Shown: positions 26,949 to 35,621 of the stretch, in pieces
Position numbering within the stretch: position 1 is the first letter of the stretch
How the letters are laid out: each line of letters starts with the position of its first letter
Assembly (NCBI GenBank): GCA_937902115.1
Contig: CALGSR010000446.1
Location: forward strand, 1 to 35,621
DNA length: 35,621 bases
Direction of reading: 5' to 3'
Source: an uncultured Bacillus sp.
Lineage (GTDB): Bacteria; Bacillota; Bacilli; Bacillales; Cytobacillaceae
Made by a program: the position numbers and the translations under genes
The notes under the pieces: generated by a model
Databases searched by the model: none
What the model was told of the DNA's origin: nothing
What the model saw: only the letters and a program-made list of their open reading frames with translations

Positions 26949-27479
26949 TTGAAGAAAAGCAAAACATTCCTCAAGTCTAAAAAGGGTCAAATAACAGTAC
27001 TAGTTGTTCTAATCTTGTTTAGCTTTCTGGGATATCGGTTTTGGGCTGTAATTTCTAATAATTCAGAGCAAAGAAGAATAGCTGACATTATAAAAGAGAG
27101 GGATGAACGGGGAGGAGTTACAAATGATGAAGGTGCAGTGGAAAAATTATTTCCTTTAACTATGAGTGAAGAAGAAATTCAATATGCGATCCATCATATG
27201 AGCCACCAAAAGGTCAAATCAGATAAGAAATGGGGGAATTTGCAAATAACATCGGAAAGAATTGAGCGTCTAATCCAAGTAGTGCAAGCGAATGAACGAG
27301 AATTTGCTCATTCGGGTTTATACATAAATATATTGAATCGATGGCAGGAGAACGACTTTACTTCAGCGGTGTCTGATCATAATAAAATATGGAAGCTCCA
27401 AGGGGGAAATATAGGAGAAGCGAAGCGTTTGCTATCTGCGAAAGAAGAAAAGAAATACGTTGAAAAATATTTTGAATAA
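26949..27479 (+). CDS. DUF6241-like membrane-anchored protein
   Basis: Single TM followed by IHHMSHQKV..KWG and ILNRW..DF..DHN.IW.LQGG.IG.A. Confidence 0.82.
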   Translation: MKKSKTFLKSKKGQITVLVVLILFSFLGYRFWAVISNNSEQRRIADIIKERDERGGVTNDEGAVEKLFPLTMSEEEIQYAIHHMSHQKVKSDKKWGNLQITSERIERLIQVVQANEREFAHSGLYINILNRWQENDFTSAVSDHNKIWKLQGGNIGEAKRLLSAKEEKKYVEKYFE

Positions 27480-27612
27480 GGTGATATAAAAAAGTCCTTT
27501 CATAATCTTCATACAAAATTAATAAATAGGAGTGACAAAGGTCATAATGGTTTTCGCGCCTTTTGGAATACAATTTACTTGATGGAAAGCTTTTGGAAGG
27601 TGTGATTTTTAA

Positions 27613-27861
27613 ATGTATCGCTTGCAAATTGTTGATGCGGAGAGTAAAACAAGAATTATGGAGCAGGAATTCGATGATGCAGAAACGATTTCTTTATTTC
27701 TAAAGAGCTGTGAGAGTCCAGAGGATTCCTACTATAGCATGGTAAATGAAGATAATCGCTACGTCAGCTGTGAATATGTTAATCATGTGATGATGACGTG
27801 CGGTGGGGACACATTTTATCGTGTGTATCTAAAAACAGAATTAGATAATGTATATGCATAA
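27613..27861 (+). CDS. Hypothetical protein, 82 aa
   Basis: RBS AAGGTG; acidic protein of unknown family. Confidence 0.65.
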   Translation: MYRLQIVDAESKTRIMEQEFDDAETISLFLKSCESPEDSYYSMVNEDNRYVSCEYVNHVMMTCGGDTFYRVYLKTELDNVYA

Positions 27862-28075
27862 GCGAATGGCTGAAAGGGTCATTCTTTTTTTTTCTTTGGG
27901 TCTCCAATAATTTTGCAGGCGGTTTTTTTAATTGACAGCTTAAATAATCGAGAAAAGGCTTTTCATTTGTTTGTGAGATGAATAAAAAGCCTTTTCTTTT
28001 TTTGGTTTTTGATGTGTGTTATGATAAAAATAACAGATATGTGTAAAAAATCAGATAATAAGGGGAAGTCAATAA

Positions 28076-29047
28076 ATGGGGATTCCGGAAAAATTGCAAC
28101 AAATTCCGCTGCTTGAGCAAGTTGCGGAGGATATTTATAAACTGTCTGTTCATTTTCCATTCGGAATGCGGCAGGTCAACAGCTATTTATTTAAAGGGGA
28201 TAAAGGCTATACTATAGTAGATACGGGGAGCTGCGCAAAGGAATCAAAAGCGATATGGGAGCAGGTGATGGCTGCCGGCATAAGGATAGAAAAGCTTGTC
28301 TTTACTCACACCCACCCTGATCATATTGGTCTCACTAGCTGGTTTCAAAAAGAATATGGTACACCCGTTCACATTTTTAATTTGGGTTACAAAGAAGTAC
28401 AAAGAGTACGGAATTTAAAAGCGAGCTGCAAATGGATGTGTAACTTTTTAAAACAACATGGGGGACCTGAAATCTCAGAAGATCTTTTATTATTAGAATC
28501 AAAATCCTTTGAATTTGAACCGGATGCCATATTCGAAGCGGATGATACAATAAAGCTGGGAAATGACAGTTATGAGATTATCAGGACTCCAGGGCATGCG
28601 CCGGATCATATCTGTTTCTATAGTCAAGAACGGCAGATCTTGGTATCAGGGGATCATGTACTCGGTAAAATATCTCCGATTATTGCGGTTTGGTCAGCGG
28701 AAGACCTTAATCCGTTACAGGATTATTATGATTCATTAGATTTAGTCAGCCGTTATGAGGTGAAACTGGTACTTCCGGGACATGGTGACGTCATCACCGA
28801 CCTCTCGGGACGGACAGAAGAAATCAAATTAGGTCATAATCGCCGTATACAGCAAATCTTTCATTCGATTAAGAATGAGGCGAAAACGGCGGGAGAGATT
28901 TATCAGGACATATATGGAGAATTGAGTATATATAAGTTTTTTTCACCATTAATGACAACCATCTCACGTCTAATCTACCTTGAATCTATCGGGAAGGTTC
29001 GAAGCGAGATTAAGAATGAAGTATACTATTATCATTTAATTGACTAA
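28076..29047 (+). CDS. MBL-fold metallo-hydrolase with C-terminal winged helix
   Basis: VDTG, THTHPDHIG, TPGH, SGDH and LPGHG motifs. Confidence 0.93.
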   Translation: MGIPEKLQQIPLLEQVAEDIYKLSVHFPFGMRQVNSYLFKGDKGYTIVDTGSCAKESKAIWEQVMAAGIRIEKLVFTHTHPDHIGLTSWFQKEYGTPVHIFNLGYKEVQRVRNLKASCKWMCNFLKQHGGPEISEDLLLLESKSFEFEPDAIFEADDTIKLGNDSYEIIRTPGHAPDHICFYSQERQILVSGDHVLGKISPIIAVWSAEDLNPLQDYYDSLDLVSRYEVKLVLPGHGDVITDLSGRTEEIKLGHNRRIQQIFHSIKNEAKTAGEIYQDIYGELSIYKFFSPLMTTISRLIYLESIGKVRSEIKNEVYYYHLID

Positions 29048-29320
29048 TATCGGCAAGGTCTTTTCCTGGTTGCTGTAATACGAATCAATCAGGAAGGGCG
29101 TTTTTTTGTTTTTGGCTATAATAATAGGAAGAAATATATTTCTGGATTTAAGAAAACCTCATCTAGAAGAAAATCGACTATATTTGTTAGATTACAATTT
29201 CATTTAAATTATTAAAAAAAATAGTATTATATTCCTATGTAATATTACGTCCAAAACTAGAGATATGGTGAAAATGTATTAGATGGGAAATGGCAGACCA
29301 AAAACAGGGATAATTATTCA

Positions 29321-29344
29321 ATTATACTAAAACTTTAGTATAAT
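29321..29344. promoter_or_regulatory. Perfect 11-bp inverted repeat, operator-like, upstream of the surface-protein locus
   Basis: ATTATACTAAA-ac-TTTAGTATAAT. Confidence 0.5.
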
Positions 29345-29479
29345 GAAACGGGATAAGGTTATGAGTCTTATTATCCAATTTGTAATGTTACAACTTTTTG
29401 AACTATTCGTAAGGTATTGATTTATTTAGCGAGTTTTGTCACTATTATGTATGGGTTGTAATATTTTGGATGAGGGGAG

Positions 29480-30697
29480 GTGAAAGGGATGAAAAAAGGA
29501 TTTATTTCTGCGCTATTCGTTTCATTGTTGATTGCAGTACCTGCTATTGCCCAAGCGGAAGAAAATGAGAAGTCTTTGCTTCCTTTAGAATTGACTAATG
29601 TTCTAACTGAAGCTGTTCAAGAATTAGAGTCTCCGAAGGTAGAATCTAATACAGCTACAGAAGTAGAAGCAGCTGCGGCAGTAATCACTCCAGTCGAAAA
29701 TAAAGGTCAATCTAAAACGAAAGAAAGTGGATTGCTCAATGTCGGTTTAGGTTTGCCTATTATTGGAGAGGTTAAAATTGATTTACTTGCTGGGGGAAAA
29801 GCTGAATCAGAATCGGGAAATACAACCTCATCAGAAAAACGATTATTAGGGGTAGAGATTAAAGACTCTGAACTTTTAGGTGATGTGAATCTGGAAGTGC
29901 TAAAAAGTAATGAACAGGGTGAAAGAGAGGCCTCTTCATCCGGTTTAGTATCTCTTGATGTAGACAATGCTCTTTTAGGTAAAACACATGTTGGAGTTCT
30001 TGAGGGAAACAAGAGTGGCTCATCTGATAAAGCGAGCATTTCTGCTAACCTTATAGTAGTAGAATCAGAGGATTCATTGCTAGGTAATAAGCGTGTCGGG
30101 GTAGGAGAATATACGAGCAATAACGGTCAGAAAAAGGTTGAACTGGCGGATGTTCGTGATGTTGGATCCTCTCGCGTAATTTCTAATCCTGATACTCCGT
30201 TTGATCAAGTAGGAAATCAGGAACTATCGGCTGGTCGAGACAATGATACTTCAAATAAAAACACAGTAGTCAGTGATTTAATCGTTGGAAATAGCAATAT
30301 AGAAAACGAGGAATCCGCGCTGGATAAAAAAATCCTAGCCGCTGCTGATGTGTCTGATGCTCGCAGTAGTACGGTCTTGGGTCAACAAAAAGAAAACGAC
30401 TTAGATGATTATAAAAAGGTAATAAATCAAGTAAATGATTCGGAAACAAATACTATCAAACTAGTATCCTCATCAGCTGTTGCTCCAAGCAACGGGCCTT
30501 CTGGAGGAAGTAGTGGTTCTAGTGCTGCTAATTCAAGTGGTGGTGTTACCGGATTAGCCGCGTATTTGGCAGTAGATTACTGGAAGGAAATAGAAACATG
30601 CTGTCAAATTTTCGACGGAGCTGATAAATTATCCGATCAATGGCAAAAGTCACCACCAGGCGATCCACCCAAAGCACCCTTCTTCTTAATAGCATAA
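29480..30697 (+). CDS. Secreted repeat protein with C-terminal DQWQKSPPGDPPK motif (candidate arrest-peptide leader)
   Basis: Sec signal ending AQA; four ~35-aa beta-type repeats shared with the next gene; Ser/Gly linker; Pro-rich end; no wall anchor. Confidence 0.8.
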   Translation: MKGMKKGFISALFVSLLIAVPAIAQAEENEKSLLPLELTNVLTEAVQELESPKVESNTATEVEAAAAVITPVENKGQSKTKESGLLNVGLGLPIIGEVKIDLLAGGKAESESGNTTSSEKRLLGVEIKDSELLGDVNLEVLKSNEQGEREASSSGLVSLDVDNALLGKTHVGVLEGNKSGSSDKASISANLIVVESEDSLLGNKRVGVGEYTSNNGQKKVELADVRDVGSSRVISNPDTPFDQVGNQELSAGRDNDTSNKNTVVSDLIVGNSNIENEESALDKKILAAADVSDARSSTVLGQQKENDLDDYKKVINQVNDSETNTIKLVSSSAVAPSNGPSGGSSGSSAANSSGGVTGLAAYLAVDYWKEIETCCQIFDGADKLSDQWQKSPPGDPPKAPFFLIA

Positions 30698-30719
30698 AAA
30701 AATAATTTTAAGAAGAGGG
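30678..30719 (+). promoter_or_regulatory. Hairpin sequestering the RBS of the LPKTG gene
   Basis: CCTTCTTCTTAA (30678-30689) pairs with TTAAGAAGAGGG (30708-30719) with one G-U pair. SD GAGGGAG is at 30715-30721 and the ATG at 30731. Confidence 0.65.
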
Positions 30720-30730
30720 AGAATAAAAAC

Positions 30731-32002
30731 ATGAAAAAAAGCATTGTTAAATCGTTAAAAGGTATGGCATTCACTGGAGTATTAGCTACTGGATTATTAT
30801 TTGCAGGTACAGGTGCATTTGCAGCTGAAGCAGGACCGGTTACACAAGTAGGCGGAGCAGCAATCGGAGCAGTTTCAGAAGTCAACGGTGCTGTAAACGG
30901 AGTGGTAACAGGTGTAGCACCAGTTGTTCAAGGTGCTCCTGTAGTTGGCGACACAGCAGTAGCTGTAGTTGGACAAGTTGTAGGTGTTAAAGATAGTGCA
31001 ATTGGAACAGTAGCAGCAGCTGCTGTACAAGTAGCTGGAGTGGCTGATGGAGTAGTTGGAACAGCTCTTGGACAAGTTGGAGGAGTAGCAGGCGTAGCTG
31101 GAGTAGCAGCACCAGTACTTGAAACAGTAACAGGTGCAGTTGGAGCAGCGGGTGCAGATGTAACAGCATCAAGCTCAATCATTCCTAAAGAGCCAAAGCT
31201 TATGACTGGTAATCCTGGAAGCTTAGAAGGCGTTAAAAGCTATGAAAAATCTTCATTACTAGATGTAAGCCTTAAAAGCGACGTTTTAAAACCAATCACT
31301 GGCGATGTTCAACTTGATGTACTTACTGATAAAAACATCGTAACTAAAGACGGTTCTTTGAAACAAGACGGTCTAGTTATTGCTGACTTAACTGATTCTA
31401 AATTACTTGGCGATACACATGCAGGTGTTCTTGAAAATAAAGAAGTTAAAACAAAAGACTACACTCACACTTACTCTGCTTTAGCAGTTGTTGATGCTGA
31501 CGGTACTATCGTAGGCGATGCACATGCAGGCGTTCTTGAAAAAGAAAAAGTTGAAACTGATTCTTACACTTGGGAACACAGCGGTGTTGTAGTTGTTGAT
31601 ACAAAAGGTACTCCAATCGTTGGTGATTTACATGCAGGTGTTTTAGAAGATGAAAACTATGTTCCAAAAAACACTACTAACCCAGTAAAAGATCCAGTGA
31701 AAGATCCAGTAAAAGATCCAGTAAAAGATCCAGCTAAGGACCCAGTAAAAGACCCAGCAAAAGATCCGGTAAAAGATCCAGCGAAAGATCCAGCTAAGGA
31801 TCCAGCAAAAGATCCGGCTACCAACCCTGGATCAAGCGATAAAGACAATGGAAGCAAAGATAATGGCACTAAGCTAACAGATAACAAAGTGAATAATTCA
31901 CTTCCAAAAACTGGTTCTGCATTTGATACTTCAATTCTATTAATTGCTGCCAGCTTAATTATGGTATTAGGATTCGTTTTCAGAAAACTTAATCGTGCAT
32001 AA
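30731..32002 (+). CDS. LPXTG cell-wall-anchored protein with Ala/Val/Gly-rich region, GDxHAGVLE repeats and KDP(V/A) stalk
   Basis: Signal peptide ending AFA; LPKTG, hydrophobic segment and RKLNRA tail; sortase gene downstream. Confidence 0.92.
   Translation: MKKSIVKSLKGMAFTGVLATGLLFAGTGAFAAEAGPVTQVGGAAIGAVSEVNGAVNGVVTGVAPVVQGAPVVGDTAVAVVGQVVGVKDSAIGTVAAAAVQVAGVADGVVGTALGQVGGVAGVAGVAAPVLETVTGAVGAAGADVTASSSIIPKEPKLMTGNPGSLEGVKSYEKSSLLDVSLKSDVLKPITGDVQLDVLTDKNIVTKDGSLKQDGLVIADLTDSKLLGDTHAGVLENKEVKTKDYTHTYSALAVVDADGTIVGDAHAGVLEKEKVETDSYTWEHSGVVVVDTKGTPIVGDLHAGVLEDENYVPKNTTNPVKDPVKDPVKDPVKDPAKDPVKDPAKDPVKDPAKDPAKDPAKDPATNPGSSDKDNGSKDNGTKLTDNKVNNSLPKTGSAFDTSILLIAASLIMVLGFVFRKLNRA
31688..31819 (+). 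repeat. 11 x 12-bp coding tandem repeat (KDPV/KDPA)
   Basis: AARGAYCCRGYN repeated 11 times with synonymous variation. Confidence 0.95.
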
Positions 32003-32091
32003 TTAATTTTCGGAAAGTTTCATAGTCTCATAATTATTTGGTTAATTTTCACTTTTTTCATCTGAATCATTGCGTATAAGAAATTTTGGTT

Positions 32092-32120
32092 GGGAGGGCT
32101 CATCACCCTCCCTTTTTTTT
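32092..32120 (+). terminator. Terminator between the LPKTG gene and the sortase
   Basis: GGGAGGG-ctcatca-CCCTCCC-TTTTTTTT, 24 bp before the sortase ATG. Confidence 0.8.
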
Positions 32121-32143
32121 ACAGTAAAGGAGTGAATTTTAAC

Positions 32144-32764
32144 ATGAAGAAATTGGGCAATCTTTTTTTAATAATTGGAATGGCTCTGATACTCTTTGTT
32201 GTCTACGCAAAAGTCCAAACTTATTTAGAGCAAAAGAAAATGATAGAAGAGTATACATCGCTGAATCTCGCTGCGAATGAGGATGATGCCACGGATTCAG
32301 AGGTAAAAAGAGGCGAAACCATTGGGATGGTTGAAATTGATAAAATCGGTTTGAAAACAGCCATGGTAGAAGGAGCTGAACAAGATAACATTAAGTTTGC
32401 CGTCGGTCATCTTCCTTTCAGTTCTTCATTGTATGAATTAGGCAAGGAAAATCATAACTTTGCGATTGTTGGACATCGTTCTTATACGTATGGAAAGTTC
32501 TTTAACCGTTTAGACGAGTTAGAAAATAATGATGAAATTATTGTCTACGCGAGAAATAAGGTGCTGACCTATAAAGTATTCGATAAGAAGATTGTTCAGC
32601 CGACCAATGTTGATGTTGTAAATCCGATAGAGGGGAAATCAGTCGTGACACTGATTACTTGTTATCCTGAATATTCAGATGCCCAAAGACTTGTTCTGTT
32701 TAGTGAATTAGTCGAGGAAAAAACTCTTGATGGCAGTGAATTCGCTGCACTGCTAAAAAACTAA
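32144..32764 (+). CDS. Sortase (class D-like)
   Basis: N-terminal TM; AVGH, IVGHRS and TLITCYP..R catalytic motifs; ATG after AAAGGAG. Confidence 0.93.
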   Translation: MKKLGNLFLIIGMALILFVVYAKVQTYLEQKKMIEEYTSLNLAANEDDATDSEVKRGETIGMVEIDKIGLKTAMVEGAEQDNIKFAVGHLPFSSSLYELGKENHNFAIVGHRSYTYGKFFNRLDELENNDEIIVYARNKVLTYKVFDKKIVQPTNVDVVNPIEGKSVVTLITCYPEYSDAQRLVLFSELVEEKTLDGSEFAALLKN

Positions 32765-32917
32765 TCGAAAAGTCGAGGAGCGAAGAGGTTTTATGCTGTT
32801 TTCCTCCTCTTGTATTTTTCTTGTAATATTTACAATCTGATTCCTCGTCGTAGCCGCTGTTCCATCTAAAAACCTTGTATTTCCGCAGGAACCCCCTTGT
32901 TAAAAATAATTCGTGAT

Positions 32918-32934
32918 TGTAATATATTTGAAAT
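32918..32934 (+). promoter_or_regulatory. WalR-like box upstream of the autolysin
   Basis: TGTAAT-N5-TGAAAT, one mismatch from TGTWAH-N5-TGTWAH. Confidence 0.45.
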
Positions 32935-33058
32935 GAAACGTGTAAAATGAACTATATTTTTCTAATTTTCGTCGTTTTTTGTATTGAGAATTTAATAATC
33001 TTGTAATCTAACGACCTTTTTCTTGTGTCATAATAAAACAGTAGAAAGGGGTCGTTTT

Positions 33059-34192
33059 ATGCGTTTTATACAGAGAGTAGTTGCTGTATCTATGACTAGC
33101 GTGATTTTGCTGTCGACTACAATCATGGCAAATGCAGAAACAAGTCAAGCAGCTAGTAGTGAACTACAACAAAAAGCTGATTTGATTAGCCAAAAACAAA
33201 CTGAAAAAGACAACATTACAAATGAGTTGCAAAGTCTGCAAACTGAATTAAATTCCTTTGAGAATGAAGTAACAAAAAATAAAGAAAATATGGCAGCTAT
33301 CGAACAGGATATAGCTGATATAAAATCAGAGATAGAAAAGAAAAAAGAAGAAATCGTCATTTTAGAAGATAAGGTCCATGCCCGTAAAGACGTTATGGAG
33401 GAAAGATTGGTTTCTCTGCAACATCAGGATAATGCAAGCTTAGTCATTGAATTGCTAATCAACTCTAAAAGTATTGATGATTTTATTCATCGTGCCAGCG
33501 CTGTATCAACCATCATGAATGCTGATAAAGAACTATTACAGCAGCAAAAGGATGATTTAAAGAAGATTGAAGATGAGAAAGCAGTCATTGATCAACAAGA
33601 GAAGAAGCTAGACCAACAATATCAAACATTAGCTGCAGCTCAAGTAAGTTTAGAGCAAAACCTGCAAAAGAGACAGGATATGGTGGCGGCTGTTCAAGAA
33701 AAATATAATAAAGTTGTAAACGAATTGGCGCTTGCGGAGCAGGAGAAAGCAGCGATACAAGCGCAGCTGGCACAGGCACAGGAGCGAATTGCCCAAGAAA
33801 GACAAGCGGTTGAAGTGAAAACAAATCAAACGGCTGAAGCAAGAACAAATCAAGTGGCACAGCCAGCCTCGCAGCCGGCTGCAACCAATACAAACACAAA
33901 CAATGGCAAAGAATTATATGTGACAGCAACTGCGTACAGTCACGAAGAATCTCGTACAGGAATGACTGCTAGAGGATATAATATTAAAGCAAATCCACAT
34001 ATGAAATTAATTGCTGTTGATCCATCTGTGATTCCATTAGGTTCAAGAGTTTGGGTAGAAGGCTATGGTGAAGCCGTTGCCGGAGATACTGGCGGGGCAA
34101 TTAAAGGACATAAAATTGACGTACTCATGCCATCTGGTGCAGATGCCCGGAACTGGGGACGTAAAACAGTAAAAATCGTAATCTTAAATTAA
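33059..34192 (+). CDS. Secreted peptidoglycan hydrolase: CwlO/PcsB-like coiled coil plus 3D domain
   Basis: Signal peptide ending ANA; long coiled coil; ATAYS, IAVDPSVIPLGS and AGDTGGAIKGHKIDV. Confidence 0.92.
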   Translation: MRFIQRVVAVSMTSVILLSTTIMANAETSQAASSELQQKADLISQKQTEKDNITNELQSLQTELNSFENEVTKNKENMAAIEQDIADIKSEIEKKKEEIVILEDKVHARKDVMEERLVSLQHQDNASLVIELLINSKSIDDFIHRASAVSTIMNADKELLQQQKDDLKKIEDEKAVIDQQEKKLDQQYQTLAAAQVSLEQNLQKRQDMVAAVQEKYNKVVNELALAEQEKAAIQAQLAQAQERIAQERQAVEVKTNQTAEARTNQVAQPASQPAATNTNTNNGKELYVTATAYSHEESRTGMTARGYNIKANPHMKLIAVDPSVIPLGSRVWVEGYGEAVAGDTGGAIKGHKIDVLMPSGADARNWGRKTVKIVILN

Positions 34193-34326
34193 GGCTCTGT
34201 TAACTTTCAATGTTGATATCAGCCTTATGTGTATGGCGTGAGCGGGTTTTTCTTGGTAACAAGGAACTTAGCGAACCCATGCACATAAGCGGAGTTTTGA
34301 TAAACAACCAGATTTAACAGTACTTA
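34190..34326. repeat. Bacillus-type MITE-like intergenic repeat
   Basis: Imperfect terminal inverted repeats TAAGGCTCTGTTAA / TTAACAGTACTTA enclose a nested hairpin CTTATGTGTATGG...CCATGCACATAAG. Confidence 0.6.
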
Positions 34327-34338
34327 AATTAAATAAAT

Positions 34339-34392
34339 AATGCCTGACTTCCGGTCTGTTATGTTGAACAACGGTGAGTCAGGCATTTTTTT
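34339..34392 (+). terminator. Rho-independent terminator
   Basis: AATGCCTGACT...AGTCAGGCATT followed by a T-run. Confidence 0.8.
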
Positions 34393-34508
34393 CGTGTGAG
34401 TGCAGAAAAAGATTTTGGAAAAGTCTATATTTAGCGACATATAACATTTGAAATTGATAGAATAGAAAAGAGAAATGTTCTATTGTTTGGAGAAGCTTAG
34501 GAGGTCTT

Positions 34509-35453
34509 ATGATGAATCCGATTATTCAAAGGATTATTTATAATATAGAAAAAGTAATGATTGGCAAGCGCGATATCATTGAATTAAGTTTAACTGCCTT
34601 ACTTGCGGAAGGACATGTACTGCTCGAGGATGTACCGGGTGTTGGCAAGACAATGATGGTTAGGGCGCTGGCAAAGTCCATTGGGGCAGATTTTAAAAGA
34701 ATTCAATTTACACCGGATTTACTGCCTTCAGATGTAACAGGGGTTTCGATATACAATCCGCAGGAGATGGAATTTCAATTTCGACCGGGGCCGTTGATGT
34801 CGAACATCGTCCTCGCAGATGAGATTAACCGGACATCCCCAAAAACGCAGTCTGCGCTTCTCGAGGCGATGGAGGAAAAGAGTCTCACAATTGATGGAAT
34901 TACCTACATGCTAGAAAAGCCATTCTTTGTGATGGCCACACAAAATCCAATTGAGTATGAAGGGACCTATCCTCTTCCTGAAGCGCAGCTGGATCGATTC
35001 CTTTTAAAATTAGAAATGGGCTACCCTGATCCGGAGGAAGAAATCGAGATCTTAAACCGGGCGCAGAAAGAACCGCCAATTGATGAATTGAGTTCTGTCA
35101 TTACGTTAGATGAATTAAGAGATTTACAGAAGCAAGTGAAAGATGTCTATGTTTCCGAAACAATCAAACGCTATATTGTTGACCTATCCCAAGGCACAAG
35201 GGAGCACGGTAGTATTTATTTAGGGGTAAGTCCGCGCGGTTCCATTGCTTTAATGAAAGCGGCCCAAGCGAAAGCATTTATGTCGGGACGTGATTTTGTC
35301 CTGCCGGATGATGTTAAGTTGTTAGTCCGGCCTGTATTTGCTCATCGAATGGTCTTAAATACGGAAGCCAGATTTTCCTCCATCCCAATCGATGAAATCA
35401 TTAACCGTATTGTTGAGCTTGTAGCGGTACCGATTCAGAGGGTGAAAAGATGA
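34509..35453 (+). CDS. yeaC: MoxR-family AAA+ ATPase
   Basis: LLEDVPGVGKT, RIQFTPDLLPSD, LADEINR and ATQNPIEYEGTYPLPEAQLDRF. Confidence 0.95.
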   Translation: MMNPIIQRIIYNIEKVMIGKRDIIELSLTALLAEGHVLLEDVPGVGKTMMVRALAKSIGADFKRIQFTPDLLPSDVTGVSIYNPQEMEFQFRPGPLMSNIVLADEINRTSPKTQSALLEAMEEKSLTIDGITYMLEKPFFVMATQNPIEYEGTYPLPEAQLDRFLLKLEMGYPDPEEEIEILNRAQKEPPIDELSSVITLDELRDLQKQVKDVYVSETIKRYIVDLSQGTREHGSIYLGVSPRGSIALMKAAQAKAFMSGRDFVLPDDVKLLVRPVFAHRMVLNTEARFSSIPIDEIINRIVELVAVPIQRVKR

Positions 35454-35621
35454 GCAATAAATTCCAGGTTATCGGCAATGTCTGGAAGCTTATCATTTTA
35501 GTTTTTTTGCTGTTAATCACATTTGCCTATGCGATGTTCCAAGGGGGATTTGTGAGTTGGTTCTTATTTTACAGCTTTCTGCCTTTTGCCCTTTATGCGG
35601 TGTGTCTTTTCTTTTATCCTT
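35450..35621 (+). CDS. yeaD: DUF58-domain membrane protein, 5' part (runs off the window)
   Basis: ATGA overlap with yeaC; MSNKFQ...AYAMFQGGFVSWFLFYSFLPF. Confidence 0.85.
   Translation, partial: MSNKFQVIGNVWKLIILVFLLLITFAYAMFQGGFVSWFLFYSFLPFALYAVCLFFYP

Noticed and set aside
31688-31819. 12-bp tandem repeat as a non-coding array or phase-variation switch
   Set aside because: It is in frame with synonymous variation, so it is a protein stalk; copy-number change would not shift the frame.
2313-33929. Many antisense or nested ORFs in the track (e.g. 2313-2618, 4516-5022, 5942-6328, 13738-14247, 22183-22707, 29707-30120, 31657-31887, 33585-33929)
   Set aside because: They are shadows of well-supported genes on the opposite strand or frame, with no RBS or recognisable motifs.
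34190-34326. Structured region after the autolysin as a riboswitch or sRNA
   Set aside because: Terminal inverted repeats and position fit an interspersed MITE-like repeat; no riboswitch consensus recognised.

Overview
AT-rich Bacillaceae chromosomal window that appears to be the hypervariable region between groEL and the yeaC-yeaD operon. A duplicated groEL-like 3' end (GGC GGC ATG ATG TAA, probably the attR of an island) lies at about 1788, and the MoxR/DUF58 genes close the window. Contents in order: an IS21-like terminus, a decayed SEC-C gene, a Fic gene, an orphan LanFEG-type ABC transporter with its own two-component system, and a HEPN toxin remnant. These are followed by two diverged five-gene clusters (7460-10696 and 16173-19339), each encoding a small transmembrane-helix peptide with two cysteines, a mini site-2/M50-like protease, a multi-TM permease, an ABC ATPase and a 2-TM protein. 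I interpret both as TM-helix bacteriocin (TMcin-like) loci. Between them lie a second Fic gene and a SEC-C gene split at A_AAA_AAG. Stress and housekeeping accessory genes follow: MscS, a CPA2 antiporter, an FMN reductase with MhqR-like boxes, an extra L25/Ctc and an MBL hydrolase. Next is a sortase locus in which a secreted protein ending in W-x3-PPGDPP overlaps a hairpin that hides the RBS of the downstream LPKTG protein, an arrangement resembling SecM/MifM arrest-peptide control. A 3D-domain autolysin precedes yeaC. All calls come from reading the sequence and motifs; no database searches were run.
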